A model generated the notes under the pieces. It worked only from the letters and a program-made list of their open reading frames with translations. It was not told the DNA's origin and ran no database searches. The position numbers and the translations under genes are program-made. 64,000 nt of DNA, from assembly GCA_040357565.1 (NCBI GenBank), contig JBDODJ010000022.1. One strand, given 5' to 3'. The stretch is from Cercozoa sp. M6MM (lineage: Eukaryota > Protista > Endomyxa: Ascetosporea). Each line of letters opens with the position of its first letter. Within the stretch, counting starts at the first letter, position 1. This document shows, piece by piece, positions 1-13,719 of this stretch.

Positions 1-418
1 AGCAAGAAAGCGTTGGCGCGCGACAAGCGTGCCCAACAGTTCAAACGGGTGCACAGTCCACGCATAACACAATTTGGCAGTGTGCTGTGGCAGTTGGCGC
101 GCCTAAAGTCGCTCCACAACTCGCAAAATCCTCAAAAAACTGTCACAACGACCAAAACTCGCCCAGACCGGTTTTTCTCGTTTTTTTCGAGCCACAGTGT
201 CTCTTAGAACGTATGCTGCGGTCTTTAGTTGAGATTTAGTTGTTTGCACTATTTGACCGAACTAGAGGCCGTAAGGTGCACCAGACAAGGAGAAATCGCT
301 CAAAATGGCGTTTTGGTGGCACACTCGGCAAACCGCGCGCTCTGGGGGTACGTGATGATGTGACCTGGTCACTGATCGGCCACCAATCCTGAACCCGAAA
401 AGTTTTTTGTCAACCAAA

Positions 419-1416
419 ATGGTGAGTTACACCCTTTTAGCTGGGCTCCAATGCTGTGTGGCTAGTGTGTGCTTGCTGTGCGTGCCCTCGAAACCTCGTT
501 TAATATTCGGTGATGTTCTTGTGTGTGTGTTGTGTTGTCAGACTGTCATGTCAAAGCTCGTGGACTTTGTCCACCACCCGCATCTGCCCCACTGGGGCCT
601 TCCCAACCTGCGCCTGCGCCTGCACCTGCGCTTGCCGCGCCGCCTTCCTCGCTTCCGCTCACGCTCGGCACAGCGGCTGGCCGCTGCCGAGGAGGAGCTG
701 CGCCGCGCCGACAAGCAATTCGCGCGTGTGCACCGCAGCTACAGCGTGCTCGTCTTCAAGCAAGCGACGGCGGCGGTGCGTCGCGCCGAGCAAGAGCTCG
801 CGCTCCAGCGTCAACTCGGCCAGCTGGTGGCCACCCATGCCGCCCTTGTCGCGGCCCGTCTGTGTAATATAACTTTCGCTTGTTTCGCTTGTTTCGCTTG
901 TTTCGCTTGTTTCGCTTGTTTCGCTTGTTTCGCTTGTTTCGCTTGGTTCGTTTCGCTTTGGCTTTTTTCGGCTTTGGCTTTGACTTTCATCAGTTTCACT
1001 TTCGCTTCTTTCACTTCGCTTTAATTCCTCGCTTTTTCACTTTCAGTTCCGTCCCTTGTCTCTTTCCCGTCAGTTTGCATTTCTATCACTCTGTTTTGTG
1101 TGTTTCGTGGTGTAGCGGTGCTCGCCGAGTACCGCACTTGCGCTAGCGAACTGCCGCTTTGCGAAGCCGCGACGCCGATCAAGCGGTACAGTGGTTGTGC
1201 CTGTACGAGGCCTCTATCGTAGTGTCACTGGTTTAGATGCGTGTTCCCTATATGAGCAGACGCACGCAAGTCGTGCGCGCTTGCGACTCAGTTGGCGAAC
1301 GCGCTGCTCGCGCTTGCTTCGCCGTCAAGCGCGCTCGAGAGCAAGACGACCTGCCGTCCGACTTGGCCGGCGAGCTCGTGCGCGTACAGCTGGAGCTACT
1401 CTGTCTCAAGCACTGA
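419..1416 (+). CDS. Hypothetical protein, 4 exons
   Basis: ATG|gtgagt first exon. Frame is kept across three GT-AG introns (MTVMSKLVDF...ELVRVQLELLCLKH*). No recognised domain. Confidence 0.6.
874..1020 (+). repeat. (TTTCGCTTG)n intronic tandem repeat with degenerate tail
   Basis: About 8 near-perfect 9-mers visible directly. Confidence 0.95.
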
Positions 1417-1902
1417 TCCACTGTCGCCTCTCTCAACACACAAGCTGCTTCCGCCCCTCGAACTGAACGTACATTACGTCTTTACGTCTTTAAGACTGAC
1501 TGTACTCCCCCTGAAGAAACGCTGCACTAAACCAGCGGACAGCCTCTGTGTGTAGTATCGGCTTTTGCAATTGCAATCGCTCTTCTTTGATTTATCTCAC
1601 TGTGTACAGCGTCTACTGTAAATCTGTTTCTGCTAAGTCCAGTCTAAACAGGCAGTTCAGTACCAGAACTTCAGCTTTGACCCTTTTCATTGGAGTGACG
1701 TGACGGCGAGTGATTGGACAGCAAAAACGAAAATTCCACCGTATACTGTCTCTTACTTTTCGCATAACTTCACGTCAGTTCCCAGTTAACGACGTGACGT
1801 TCAGTTAGTTCAACAAAACAACGCAAGGTCTGGCGCGTTACTCAGCTCCGTTCACGTCAGTTCTGTTAAACCAAACGCAACGCAAAAACAGCTTCGCGCA
1901 AC

Positions 1903-3462
1903 TCACTCGTCGTCAGAGTCCGAGTCGTAATCACCGTCGCTGCTATCCTCAGGCACCAAGGCGGCCGCCTGCACAGTCAGCTCGGCCTCTGAGTTGAGCG
2001 ACAGGCGCGACAAGGCACATCGCAGCATCTGATCGTGCGATTGAGCGCACCTGCATGCAATACAAAAAAAGTGTGTGGTCTTATCATGGATAGCTAGCTG
2101 AGTACCAGTGAGCGTGTTCTTGAGGGTTGACTTCGACCGTCTCGCTAGGCATGTCCTCGGCACGAGCGAGTTCCCAGCAGCGCACAGGATGCAAGTCGTC
2201 GGAAAGGTCGGTCTGGAGCTGCACAAACGAGACAGTACAAGAAGGACAGTAATATTCAGTACTGAGACTTGTTACCTCAGAGCGCACGATGCGAAGGCCA
2301 GGCACAGAGGCAAAGAGACGCCGCAGATGACGCACCGTACGCAGCATCGAACTCTCCGTCAGGTCGAGGAAGAATCCGCCCGAGCCCGAGCACTAAAATA
2401 GTGATTCCAATCGAATACACATTGGTGCAGTCAGTATGTACCACGTGGTTATCCTTGATGACCACACGACCACCTGGCTTGAGTGCAGTCACACACCGTT
2501 GCAACAACTGCACAGACACGTGGTAACACTGACTCACCGTTCGACTACTCACTGCTGTACCGAAATGATGTCGCTGTCTCGAATAAAATCACATGCCCAC
2601 TGGATGAACACTACGCCACAAGTGTACACACAAACAAACGGATATGACCTACTGTAAATCTACCCAGATCGTAGGTGTTAGCAGGCGGAGCAAAGTCTTG
2701 CATCGGCTGGCACTGCACAAGGTGCAACTTGTCGCCATGACTCTGCTTGGCTTTCTCCACAAAGTGCTGCGGAAGAGATAACAATCAACATCAACATTGC
2801 ACAATAAAACACGGCACCGGAGTGGCATCGACGAGGTCGACCTGTTGGAAACGCGGCACCAAAACCGAACTCGCCACACGGCCAATTCCTCCTCCCTAAC
2901 AACATTGTATTTTTACGGGGTACCTGGTGAAAGGCAAAAAAAGGAGTGAATCTACCAAATCAACACAACGCTGGCGTTGTCGGAATTCAATGGCGTCCAA
3001 GAAACGTCCGGTATGAGCAACATCGACATTGTGCACCCTGCAAGAACCCAACTCAACGCCAATACCTCGAACACAAGTAAAGCAATGACACTGTGTGAGA
3101 CCGCCCAACATGCCATCATCGTCGGCCTGTATTGCGTTCAACATAACTGCACAACTAATGAGTGAAAAAGTCAAAATACCGACGCACCGTCCCACCGTTT
3201 CTTACCTCCTTGGTACCACTTCTGTATGTGTACAACTTATAATGCTGGAAGCCATGTGAAACACAGAAGGCATTTACGTTCTCGCACTTGCGCCACGCCT
3301 GTGCGACATTGTCATGCATGCAGCCATCAGTGTCGTAGCCGACCTGCATCCTGAAGACCTGCACCGAGGACAGACAGATACCCCACGACATCTGACTGAA
3401 ATTCTCTATTTTTAAGATACGCAGCCCGTCAAATCATTGCGCACGGCCTCTGGCACGTTCAT
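1903..3462 (-). CDS. NTMT1: Alpha-N-terminal protein methyltransferase 1 (NTMT1/Tae1 family), multi-exon
   Basis: Spliced motifs GYDTDG, GMLGG, GGGIGRV, VDLVD, QDF..YDL, IQW-like VQWA, LKPGGRVVIKDN, LQTDLSDDLHPVRCWEL match the NTMT1 layout. Confidence 0.85.
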
Positions 3463-3539
3463 CAGAGAAGCGGCCCGGTGCTACACTCTCTAAACTCGTA
3501 AGATGCCGGCTGGGGCAACAGTTTTTCATGAATGGCTGC

Positions 3540-4718
3540 GCATTGGTTAAACTGTAATTTTAGAGATCGTCCAGTGTGCGCACGCGTGTGTTCATACTCC
3601 AAAGGAGTAAATGCAGTGTTCTATATGTGGATTGGCGGGTGAATTAGTACTCTCCGCTTCGAAACAACATGGAGCACATTTCGCATGTTGCAAACGAGTC
3701 GTGCCAGATTTTTTGCTGCCACTCAGGTGACAACTCCTATCGGCGTTGGCATATTTTCTGTTCACAAGATAAAAAACTGATCACAAACTGTCTTGTTTGC
3801 GTGACACAGCGACTCAAAATTGCGTCAGATGAGAGAGAAAATTGGTTTGTCTCGCGAGATTCCGTCAGCTGACACTGTTAAGGTGTCCACTGCCTTCTGT
3901 CTCGTCTTTAACTAATAAACAATGTTGTCTGACAGTCACAAGTTGACGTCCGCATGGAAGCTGCGGCACCTTTGCTGCTCCGCGGGGACCGAGTTTTCGC
4001 AGCTCAACTGGAGAAGCACTCTCGTCGAACCTGGTGCTTTCGAGACGAATCAAAGGTAGATCTTTTCTGCTTTTGGTTTGTTGACAGTTGCTGTATTTTT
4101 ATTGTCAGAAAGAAACGCCTTTTGCGCCAACGGAATCAAAAGAAACCGTGAGTGTGAATTCTTTCGTCGCTGTCGATAGCAATGGTATTACGTGAGTCAA
4201 CTCTTCTGCTACAAATGTGTTAGATATGGTCTGAATCAGATCCAGGCAGGCCAAACATTGCATCCATCGTTTCAATCTTTCACAAGGCATCGATGAAGGG
4301 AAGCGAAGCAAGTATAAGCAACAAGAACTGGCAGCTCGGTCTGCGACTCTTTGTGCGTCCAGAGCAGTCGCAACTCGCTTCGACTGAAGGTAAACCTGAG
4401 TTTTTTGCTGTTGCTTTCAACTTTACTCCCCTGTTCTTTAGTTAACCTAAACGAAGTGCCGTTGGAACAGACGCTGCTGCAGCTGCAACCGCCTGCCGAA
4501 ACTGTGGTTGCCTTGTCGCACGTGTTGTTCAAAGTCGCCGTGGTCACTCGGCAGGAGTACCGTCAAATCCTCGCTGCTCACCATGTAGGCTTTCAGTTCT
4601 CTGGACCTTTCTCTCTGCTTCAACATAATGGGGACTGCAGGATGAGGATCGAGTGCACCCACATCCGGCAGTGCGTTTCTTTGACTCGTTCGAGAAACGA
4701 CGCGTTTTTTGTTGCCAT
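3540..4718 (-). CDS. Possible spliced hypothetical protein
   Basis: ATG GCA ACA AAA (MATKNASFLERVK) and coding-like exon blocks. Full structure and 3' end unresolved. Confidence 0.3.
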
Positions 4719-4903
4719 CGCTCGTGCTCACTCGGCGTGTTTCTGGTATAAACAGCTTTCCAGACTTACGTCGATTAGTTTAACTGTCGGATCAGGGTCG
4801 CACACCGTCGGACAAGTGCGTTTTGGGACCGCTGGCGCGTTTCTCCAGTTCGTTTCAAAAAACGCAAAAGCTGCGTCTGCGCCGAGCGGCGAAAGACGCG
4901 CGA

Positions 4904-7817
4904 ATGCCAGCAAAATCAGTACCGGGACGAATTTCGCGAAAGCAGTTGCGCCAGAAGGTTCTTTGCCTCTTTACCCCTCACCTCTTTACCCTTTACCCTT
5001 TTACTCGGGACCGCTTTACCCTTTTTACCCTTTTCCCTTACCTTTTCCCTTTTACCCTTTCCCTTTTACCCTTACCCTTTTACCCTTACCCTTTATTTTA
5101 CCCTTTGTTTTGGCCCAGGTCAAGGTGAGTACGAGTTGGCGACGTCAGTGGGACGCCGTGTTTTCGGCAGTTTTCGATGCGGCCACGTTGAAGCGACTAC
5201 GCGTATGAAAGCTTATTTTTTATCTTTCAGAAAGTACTTGTGTGCGGGGGTTGCAGGTACTAATGCGTGCTCTGATCAATGTGGACACCACCAGCGCCAT
5301 GGAGAAGAGGTACCTTGCTTTGTTAGTCGAATTGTTCTTTGTAGTTTTTGCATACTGTAACAGATACCTCCAGCTGAACTGCACCAACCTGGCAGACACG
5401 CCGCAGCATGAGACACACGCTGTCTCTGGTACAGTAACACACGGTTGTTTGTATCTGAACTTGTTATTCCTGTTGGTCTGATAGGTACTCACAAGGGCCA
5501 CGTGTCTGACTCGCAGTTGTTCAGTGCTGTGGTACTTCTAGATACCATCTGTGTCGTTGTTTTGGTGACAAATGTTTATGTATGTGACAGGCAAAACGTG
5601 TCGGACTGCAGCGACCATCGCGTGCTACAGCGCACTCACTCTGCGATACCTACAAGTACGCTATCCTTGTAGCATCGTATGTATGGGCAATGTGCCTGCT
5701 ATGTGTAGTATCGATCACAAGCTGGCGAGCACGCTGTGGACAGTCGCGGCCGACTTTCCGCTGGCAGCACTGCAGGAGTACCTGTCACATTTGCTGCAGG
5801 AACAGCAGGACCGAAAGCTCCCGCAACAAACCCTCGGTGCCTCAGGTACTCGAGTTCTCTGTTCAATGTGTTTTTGTGGTTCTGCGTTCCGTGCATGTGT
5901 TCTGTGTGCAAGCTATGTGTTCTATCTTTATATGCAGTCATGCAAGACAGCGACGAGGAGTTCGAACTGCCCGAACAGCGTCGTCAACGTGCGCAGGTTC
6001 CTCTATTGGTTTCCGGGCTTGTTTCACACGGTTTCAAACATTTGTGTCCCCACAGAGAGAGCAGCAGCGCAAGCAGCGTCAACTAGAGCGACAGCACAAA
6101 CTGGTGCCTCTTCATTATGTGGTATCAATCTTAGTGCTTAACACATTGAACACAGGCACTGGAGAAACGCTGGGCCGATGAGATCGACGGCGATGTGCTG
6201 CTGCGACGCTGCGATCTGGCCACAGGTGAGGCCGAGAAAGGCGACTGCCTGGCCTTGCTGAATGCGTTCCTATCGCACACACTCTCTGGTACCTTGCTTG
6301 TTCAATGTGTGTTTCTCTGTGTATAGTGTCCTTTCCTAGGTCTAAACAACTACCAGTTTGGCAAGGTGACTGACGACACGGCGGCCAGAAAGCACCTCAG
6401 CGAGATTGGTGTCATGCAGGTGATCGCACGTGCCTGCAGTCACGTGTGCCGGTGGCTACACGTGCCGTCGTCGACTTCGACCGTGCAGACACCGTCGGCC
6501 ATGCTCCTGGTGGCCGCATGTGCTGACACTCTGGTCACTGGTACCCTTCTTTCCTTGCTTGCTTCCTTCTTGCCTTCCTATGGCAACACACGGTAGTGCT
6601 GCGTGCCGTGACCTGTCCCACTCGCAGCACGGACACTTTGGACGCCATGCTGGCCAGGCACGACCCGAACAAACCTGTCGAGAGAAACGACAGCGAAATC
6701 GACGTGATTCGGTCGATTCAAGAGACGCGTGAGTGCCTCCAACTGCGTCAGATGCCCAGTACCTTCACTCAGGGTCTCCAACTACCTTGTTCTCCAAGCT
6801 GCTTGTTCTATGCACAAACGCACCTGACTAGAGATCGCGCAACCCGACGTTGTTGTCAAGAAACGCGTCGCTCTTCTCTCTGGCGGTAGAGCATTAGTTC
6901 AACCAGTGTGTTGTGTCCGCGCGGACGGTGTGAGTGCGCAGAGAAACGCAGCAAGTGGTACCACGCACTGCAGGCGCACCGCGACGCCGCGCAGCGCTGT
7001 CAACGCTTCGCGCGCGCTTGGTTCGACCTGGCCGCGCGTGTATCCAGAACATCTGACCAGTCGGTCACTGAGCAAGTTCAGTCTGACTCATTGATCACCA
7101 AGCCAGTGGTCACCGAGCCAGTGGTCACCGAGACAGTGGTCACCGAGCCAGTGAAAGAAACGCCTCCGGTCCCGGTGGAAGCCAGAACCAAGGCGAAACG
7201 CACGGTACGACGCGTCGTGCGACGCCGTAAGAAGCGCGAGCAGTCATCAAAACCGCAAGAGTCAGCGCCTGTGGTACCTATGGCTGCACTACTTTGCTTG
7301 TGGCTACAATTTGCCTATGGTTGTTTATGGCTATTTATGGTTGCATGCAGGTGTTGCCGTCGGCGGTGGCGTCGATGCCGTCGGTGATGCCGTCGCTGCC
7401 GCCGCGGCCATTGTGTGCTGACTTTACCCCCTTACCCCTACATTACTCCTTTCCTTCAGGACGGACAGTGAGCTGCGCCAGCAAGCGTCGGTCCGACGAC
7501 AGCAGCGACAACCTCGCGATTACGCCGACCCTCTCGGTGGCGACTACTCGGATTTTGGTGGCGGATTCGACCTGGACACTGGTGCTCCTCTTGGCAGCCA
7601 CGTCCGCGAGGACGTACGCGAGGACATTCTCGTCGACATTGACGCACTGCTGGGTCAGCCTGCACCGCAACAGCAACAGCTGCAACAACTGCAACAACCC
7701 CTACAGCAACAACCACGACAGCAACAACCACAACAGCTACAGCAGCAGCAGCAACAGCCGAACGCTGAGATACAGGACGTCAGTGACGACGTCATGGCCA
7801 TGTTCGACTTCCTTTAA
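4904..7817 (+). CDS. Hypothetical protein, more than 14 exons, Q/acidic-rich C-terminus
   Basis: Frame kept across successive GT-AG introns from MPAKSVPGRISRKQLRQK to ..DDVMAMFDFL*. Confidence 0.65.
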
Positions 7818-8234
7818 CAACATGACGTGAACGGGACGTAGCGCACCTGAACGTGAAGCTTTTAGCGGACACGACGAGCTCGACTACTGTACGCCGACTC
7901 CCTCCACCCCAACATATGCATACTTTCCGTTCGTTCGAACCCAACTGAAGCCGCGCCGTGCGACCTAATTTCCATTCGCTGCGCTGGCGGTGGGCTCGGA
8001 GGGTTGAGTCCTAACACAACCACGCTGTTCTAGTTTTGTTGTACCGTAAAGTTCGATCGTAGTACCCGAGCGGAGTCACGCCTTTGGCTTGAAACGCCGA
8101 ACTTGGCGCGAGCACATGCCATGCCGTGTCTGCTTTCGCGGATTCACGTACCTTGTGACTCTTACTGAAGCAGCTTTGCGACACTACGTGTGAAGTGACA
8201 GTGAGTGTTTTGCGATACCGATTCAAACCGAACG

Positions 8235-11113
8235 ATGCGCTGGATCCTCAGTCTGCCCACCTTGCTGGCCGCGTGTACGTATGCGTCGTCGGTCCAGATA
8301 CTGCCCGGTTCGCGCATTTTCTCGGCTTTTGATTTTATTGCGTGGATGACGCTTTTGCTTGGACAGATGAGATACCCACATGCATGGATTCGCTGGTGGC
8401 GAGCGTGGGAGAGACGCTTTTCCCGTCGCATTTGGCACTGCAGGTTTTACCCTCTTCCCCTTTCTTTTATTTTCTCCTTGTTTACTTGCCTTTATGCCCT
8501 ACATTTACCCCTTTTAATCCCCCCTGTTCACCCCCTTATACCCCATTCCCATTTTACTGTACCCTGTTTATCCTTTTACCCCAGGAACTCCTTGCCACCA
8601 GCAATGCCTTTGTTGCGTCTTTGTACGTTTCCTTTGGTTGCATTTTAAGCTTGATAGAGGCATGTCTTTTGTAGACGACAAAAGCAGCTAAGCGAAGTGC
8701 CGTCGAATTCGCCTGGAGTTGAAGATGTGCGTTTTCGCTTTTCGCGCAAGTGAGTATACCCTGTATATACCGGAGATGCACCTTAGGTCAAGGAAATTGA
8801 AGGAGACATCAGCGAACAAGCGGTCGACAGCGTGCTTAAACTGAAGGCGTGCGCCTGGTCCATCACGCAAGGTACCTCCTTATGACAGTAAATATGTAGA
8901 TGCAATACTGAAACTGAGCTGAGTAGGCACAAAGGATGCCGTTTTGCTAATGTTGCCGAAAGAGACGGGCGCTAACGCACTCTTCCGGTACAAAGAGCGT
9001 GTTATTTGGGAGAGAAGGAAAGAGTTCGGTCGTGCAGTATGGGCATAGCCAAGACGCTGCACAACGCTGCTGTTCGTCTGCAGCTTACTCCGAAAGACGG
9101 TACCGCAGTACTACACTGCCTACCTAGAATCCAACATCCTATTTTTGCAGAGTTGGCGACTCCGGCACGCTTCTGGAAGGCAGTGTCGTCGCTCTCGCTG
9201 GTGTTGTCGCTCGTGGCCGAGGCACGCGTTCCTGTGGACTCGAGAGAGCAGTCATCGGTCGCGACAGCTTTGCTCGGCGACTCAGGTACATTACTTCGAT
9301 GTGCTTTTAGTACGGTCCTCGCAGCTCCTTTTTGGGTTCTACTGATAGGCCACAAGTTCAAGGTGCTGGATGACGATCTCGGCAGTGGAGGACGCTCTCT
9401 CACCAACCCAGAGAACGAAGAGTCACTGGGTATACTCTAAATTTAGATACAGTGTAGAGCTCACGGTCTATCAGACAGCAAGCTGCCTGACTGTTAATTG
9501 TGTTTCTAGGTATCTTCCGGTACGCGCACGAACTCGAACAGGTAAGTTCTTTCTTGAAGGATAGCTCAGTTTTTTTACTTCGTCGTGGTGCATGTGGCTA
9601 TTGATAGGTTGATGTGTCTGGCACTGCCACGAAAGCGGACCGATACAGCCTTCTCGCTGACGTTTTGTAACCTGTCCTTGCAATCTAGATTCCAGTATCT
9701 CACTGTATCCAAACCTGCAGGTACCGCCGTCGGAACGTGTGGTTCCCCGTCGAGATGCGACCGCTTCTGTACGCTTGTGTTTAGCAAGATAAATGTACTA
9801 TGCATGCACAGTATCTCAAATACTGTGGACAGAAAAGCACTTTGCCCGCTGACACTGGAACGAGCACTGGCACTCGTGGCAAAGCGTAGGCTCGTTTGCA
9901 CGTATATAAGGATAAGAGAACTACAATATATAGGCTATGATATTTCTAATATAACTTTCAGCAAAATTTATATCTATACAGCAACACCGGACTCGGTATT
10001 TGCCACGCTAAAGCCGTACAACGTGCTCGAGCAACTGCCCAGCAGGTACAACATACATTTTCTCTGTGGTACTGCACAACTTGTTTCATTCAGCATCGCC
10101 TTTGAGGTCAAGAACGACTTGCGTGCGCCTGGACTGCTCATGTCCCTGACGGATCAGGTGCCAGCCTACATGGGCACCACCCCAAAGTCGACGGAAACTG
10201 CTTTGTTGCTGCACAATGATGGCGACATTCCTGCCATGGAAGCTGTATAATTTACTCTACTGGTTTTTCTTTTGAACGTAAACTTACCTGTGCCATATCG
10301 TTCATGTGCAGAGTGCCATCGCACTGGTGCACAGAGTAATGACGATTTGCGCCGCTCGTTTTCGACTGCTTTTGCCGGTACAGCACTCTTGCCACCTCAT
10401 TCAGTCTGTTTGCAGCCCGGGGAAGAGAACTGAACTGAAAGAAACGGTTGCTTGTGAACCCAGGGCGTTTCATCTCCAGTCTGCGCTTCCTCGCTCACAA
10501 CTCGGAGTGTAACAAGTCTAACTATTGTGGTGCGAGTGCATTAGACCTATACTGTCATTCAGCACTGCAGCGACCGCGACTGGCAGTCGAAACCGAAGAG
10601 TTTGTGATTCCTCCAGGTGCATTTCAGTTTACTTCGTACAGTCTCAGTGTTGGTTTTTGAACAACCCCTTCTGTTTATAGTTCGCTGGGCCGACCTGCTG
10701 ACGACGTGTATGAACATCGACAGTGTCGGGGGCATCATCGCGCGTGATCTCGAAGGCAGCAGCGGCAACAAAGTGCGCCAGGGCATCGTGGACACGTTGG
10801 CCACCTCGGCATGGGCTGGTCAGTTATACTGAACATAACTGTTCACCTTCTTCCGTGTGTGGAACTGGACACTTTCGTACAACGGCAGGGCCCAAACTCT
10901 TGCGTTCGATGATAGCTTCCACGTTGGGTATCAACACTCTTCTTTGAAAATTTACAGTGCTATAACAGGCTGAGTTGATGCAGGTGCCGTGACGCATGTA
11001 ATCAGCATGCTGCCCACCGAGCTGCGCAACACGTCGTACAACTCCATCATCGGTCGCTGTAACGCGCGCCTCCAGGAACTCCTTCTTGTTTGCTTTGGTA
11101 CTACGCATTGGTG

Positions 11114-11203
<90 letters not shown>

Positions 11204-11330
11204 ATATGCCGTGTAAACACTGACAGACAAGTGATACTCTGAGGTCGTCTGCGGTAGCTACCTACAGTCGGTAGGTGCGATGACGCAAGCTCTACACTCG
11301 AGTTACCGTTCAGGTTTTCTTACAGAATGA
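8235..11330 (+). CDS. Orphan secreted protein, about 20 exons
   Basis: Signal-peptide-like MRWILSLPTLLAACTYASS. Frame continuity across many short introns. 3' end approximate. Confidence 0.6.
11111..11201 (+). repeat. (GT)n intronic microsatellite
   Basis: Directly visible. Confidence 0.95.
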
Positions 11331-11391
11331 GCGTACCGGAAATTATAAAAATGCAGACTCGACTCGACTGATACTACTACAATATTAATAG

Positions 11392-12863
11392 TTAGTTAGT
11401 TTCCGTGCCCTCCTGGCGACTCCTTGGGTCATCAGTGCCAGGCGAGGCAGCGACTGTCGAAGTCACCTTTGCCTCTGTCTGCCGAGGAAGGCACACGGCA
11501 AGGAAGGTCTGCAAACTGTCGTTCTGCGTGTCCTGCTGAGCAGCGTTCTTATCAGTGTCGGGACTGACACTGCTCGTACTAGCGACAAAGTTCCGAGCCG
11601 CCGTTTCTTCCGCTGTCGCAACGATCGATCAAGCATCAATCAGTCGTCAAATAGGGAGGTGCAGTACAAACAAACTACCCGTGTGACTCAGATCAAAGGC
11701 ATCGTCCTGTTCCTCTTCCTTTTCCTAACCCCAAGGTGTGATTTTGGTATATATGGCGAGTAGCAACGTACCTCCATTGCACGACGCCACCTGGACGACA
11801 CTATGCGCGCGGCCTGAGCGTACCGCGACTCTCGGACTGTCCTGCTTGTTGTACAGTGTTTGTAAGCATAGCAACAACAAAAACACAACAACAACAACAA
11901 AACGAATACAACAACAAGACAACAACAAAACAACAACAAAACAACAACAACCAACAAAGCAAGAACAATGAAACAAGAGCAAGAACAATGAAACATACAA
12001 AAAACAAGAAACCAAGAAACAACAACAAAGAACAACAACAAAAACAACAAAAGACAACAAAACAACACGAAAAAACAACAAAAACAACACAAAAAATACT
12101 GCGAAGCCTGCGCGTAGTGCTTGGCGATGGCGCGGTCCACCCGAAAAGCCACCTCGCGTGCTCTTTCCTTTGCTTCCTTCTGTGCATATGAGGGAGTAAC
12201 AGAGGTGGTGCAAAAGGGGTGAAACGCCACCGACGTGCTGCCCAGCGCCTGCAGCGACAGTGAGTAGAATCGCTTCAGTGCTTTGCGTCGCAACAGTGTC
12301 GGCGCGTCGAACACGCTCTATCACAAGGGGATAAAGGGGTGGAGGGTAAAGGGGTGGAAGGTAAAGGGAGGAAGAAAGCACCGAAGTGTCGATACGTCCT
12401 CGCACGCGCACGCGCCGATCGCTTTCCTGTCGACAGGCACGTCGCCACTTTCGCAGCAACTCGCTGCACACGGTGCGTATCGTCTCCTGTTCCTGTGGGG
12501 GAAGGGGGGTAACGGGGGGGGGGGGGGGGGTAAGGTGAGATCAAAGGAGCTTGTACCGAATGCTTCTGCCGACACTTTGAAACTGCAATGCCGATTTTGG
12601 TGTCTCTAAATCAAGAGGGTGCAACAGCAAAACACTGACAGCAAAGTGACTCACCTCAAGATGGCGATGTCGACACTCAGTTTGCCCATCTCTTTCTGCA
12701 GGCCATTTAGTCTTTTAAACATAACACCTGTGGTGCCAAACAAATGTACTAAAACTGCGATGGTTTCCTGCTCGTTCTGAGCATTCTGCAGCGAGTCACG
12801 CAGCCGCGTATAGCGTCCGCGCGGCACCACGGCCGAGCAGTCAAAAAGTGTCGCTTGCGGCAT
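11392..12863 (-). CDS. Hypothetical protein with coiled-coil-like segments, multi-exon
   Basis: MPQATLFDCS.. to ..RQEGTETN*. Introns hold C-rich and TTG-rich repeats on the sense strand. Confidence 0.5.
11870..12097. repeat. Degenerate (CAA/AACAA)n intronic low-complexity repeat
   Basis: Directly visible; TTG-rich on the host sense strand. Confidence 0.9.
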
Positions 12864-13220
12864 GGTAGCTACCCTGTCTTAAGCCCACTGCTGAGTTTCC
12901 ACACCAAATTCACTACAGTAAAGTGGCCTACACAACTAAGTTTGCGCCACGAGTTCGATCTGACACTTTGTTTGAGCGAGCTGGTGTTTTTCGCACGCAG
13001 CTGACACGCCACGTCCACTCAAGAAAAACGAGCATGTCGCCGAATGTTGACCACATCCTACTCTGCCGTATCGGGTTTGAGGCAGGCTGACACAGCAATT
13101 GCAAACTGTGTGCACGTCGGACGGAAACTACAGACTAGTAAATGTACTGCCCTTGGACATGTAAGTAAACTGACGGGGTGGTTTATTTCACATGCCTTGC
13201 ACTGCGTAGAGACAGTAAAA

Positions 13221-13671
13221 ATGCTGAAGTGGGCGACGCCTGCAGTGCTGGGGGCGCTGACATGTGTGGTAAGTCGATCACTGTCGATGTGATCGATCGA
13301 TCACACAGTCAGTTTTGTTTTGTTCAGCGAGCGACCTCAGTGTCGACGCAGATCCTAGGTAAGCTTTTAGTCGTGTGAACCAATAGAGTCTGTGCTGACG
13401 CCTTGTGTGCAGAGGACGTGGATGGCGTGCAGATCGACCCGTGGGAGTGCAGTGACGAACTGTTTCAGGTATATCTAAAAGTCAATTCTGTTATTGTTCA
13501 GGTTTAAAATTCAGCTATATCTGAAACCCTCGGTTATTGTTCAGGTGTTTTTGACGCCAGGCTGCGGCACGCCGGTGGACTCTAATGCCATCGAGGCCGA
13601 TATGATTCTGGAGGATGACTCTACCTGTCGGTATAATGGGTCTCGAGACAGTGTGTGTTTCCTCAGTTCAG

Positions 13672-13719
<48 letters not shown>

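Noticed and set aside
8040-8110. tRNA or snRNA near GTTCGATC
   Set aside because: No cloverleaf or recognisable snRNA motifs; no RNA gene could be supported anywhere in the window
11688-12314. Cys/Val/Phe-rich, ER-repeat, CV-repeat and FAC-repeat ORFs in the track
   Set aside because: They are translations of intronic microsatellites
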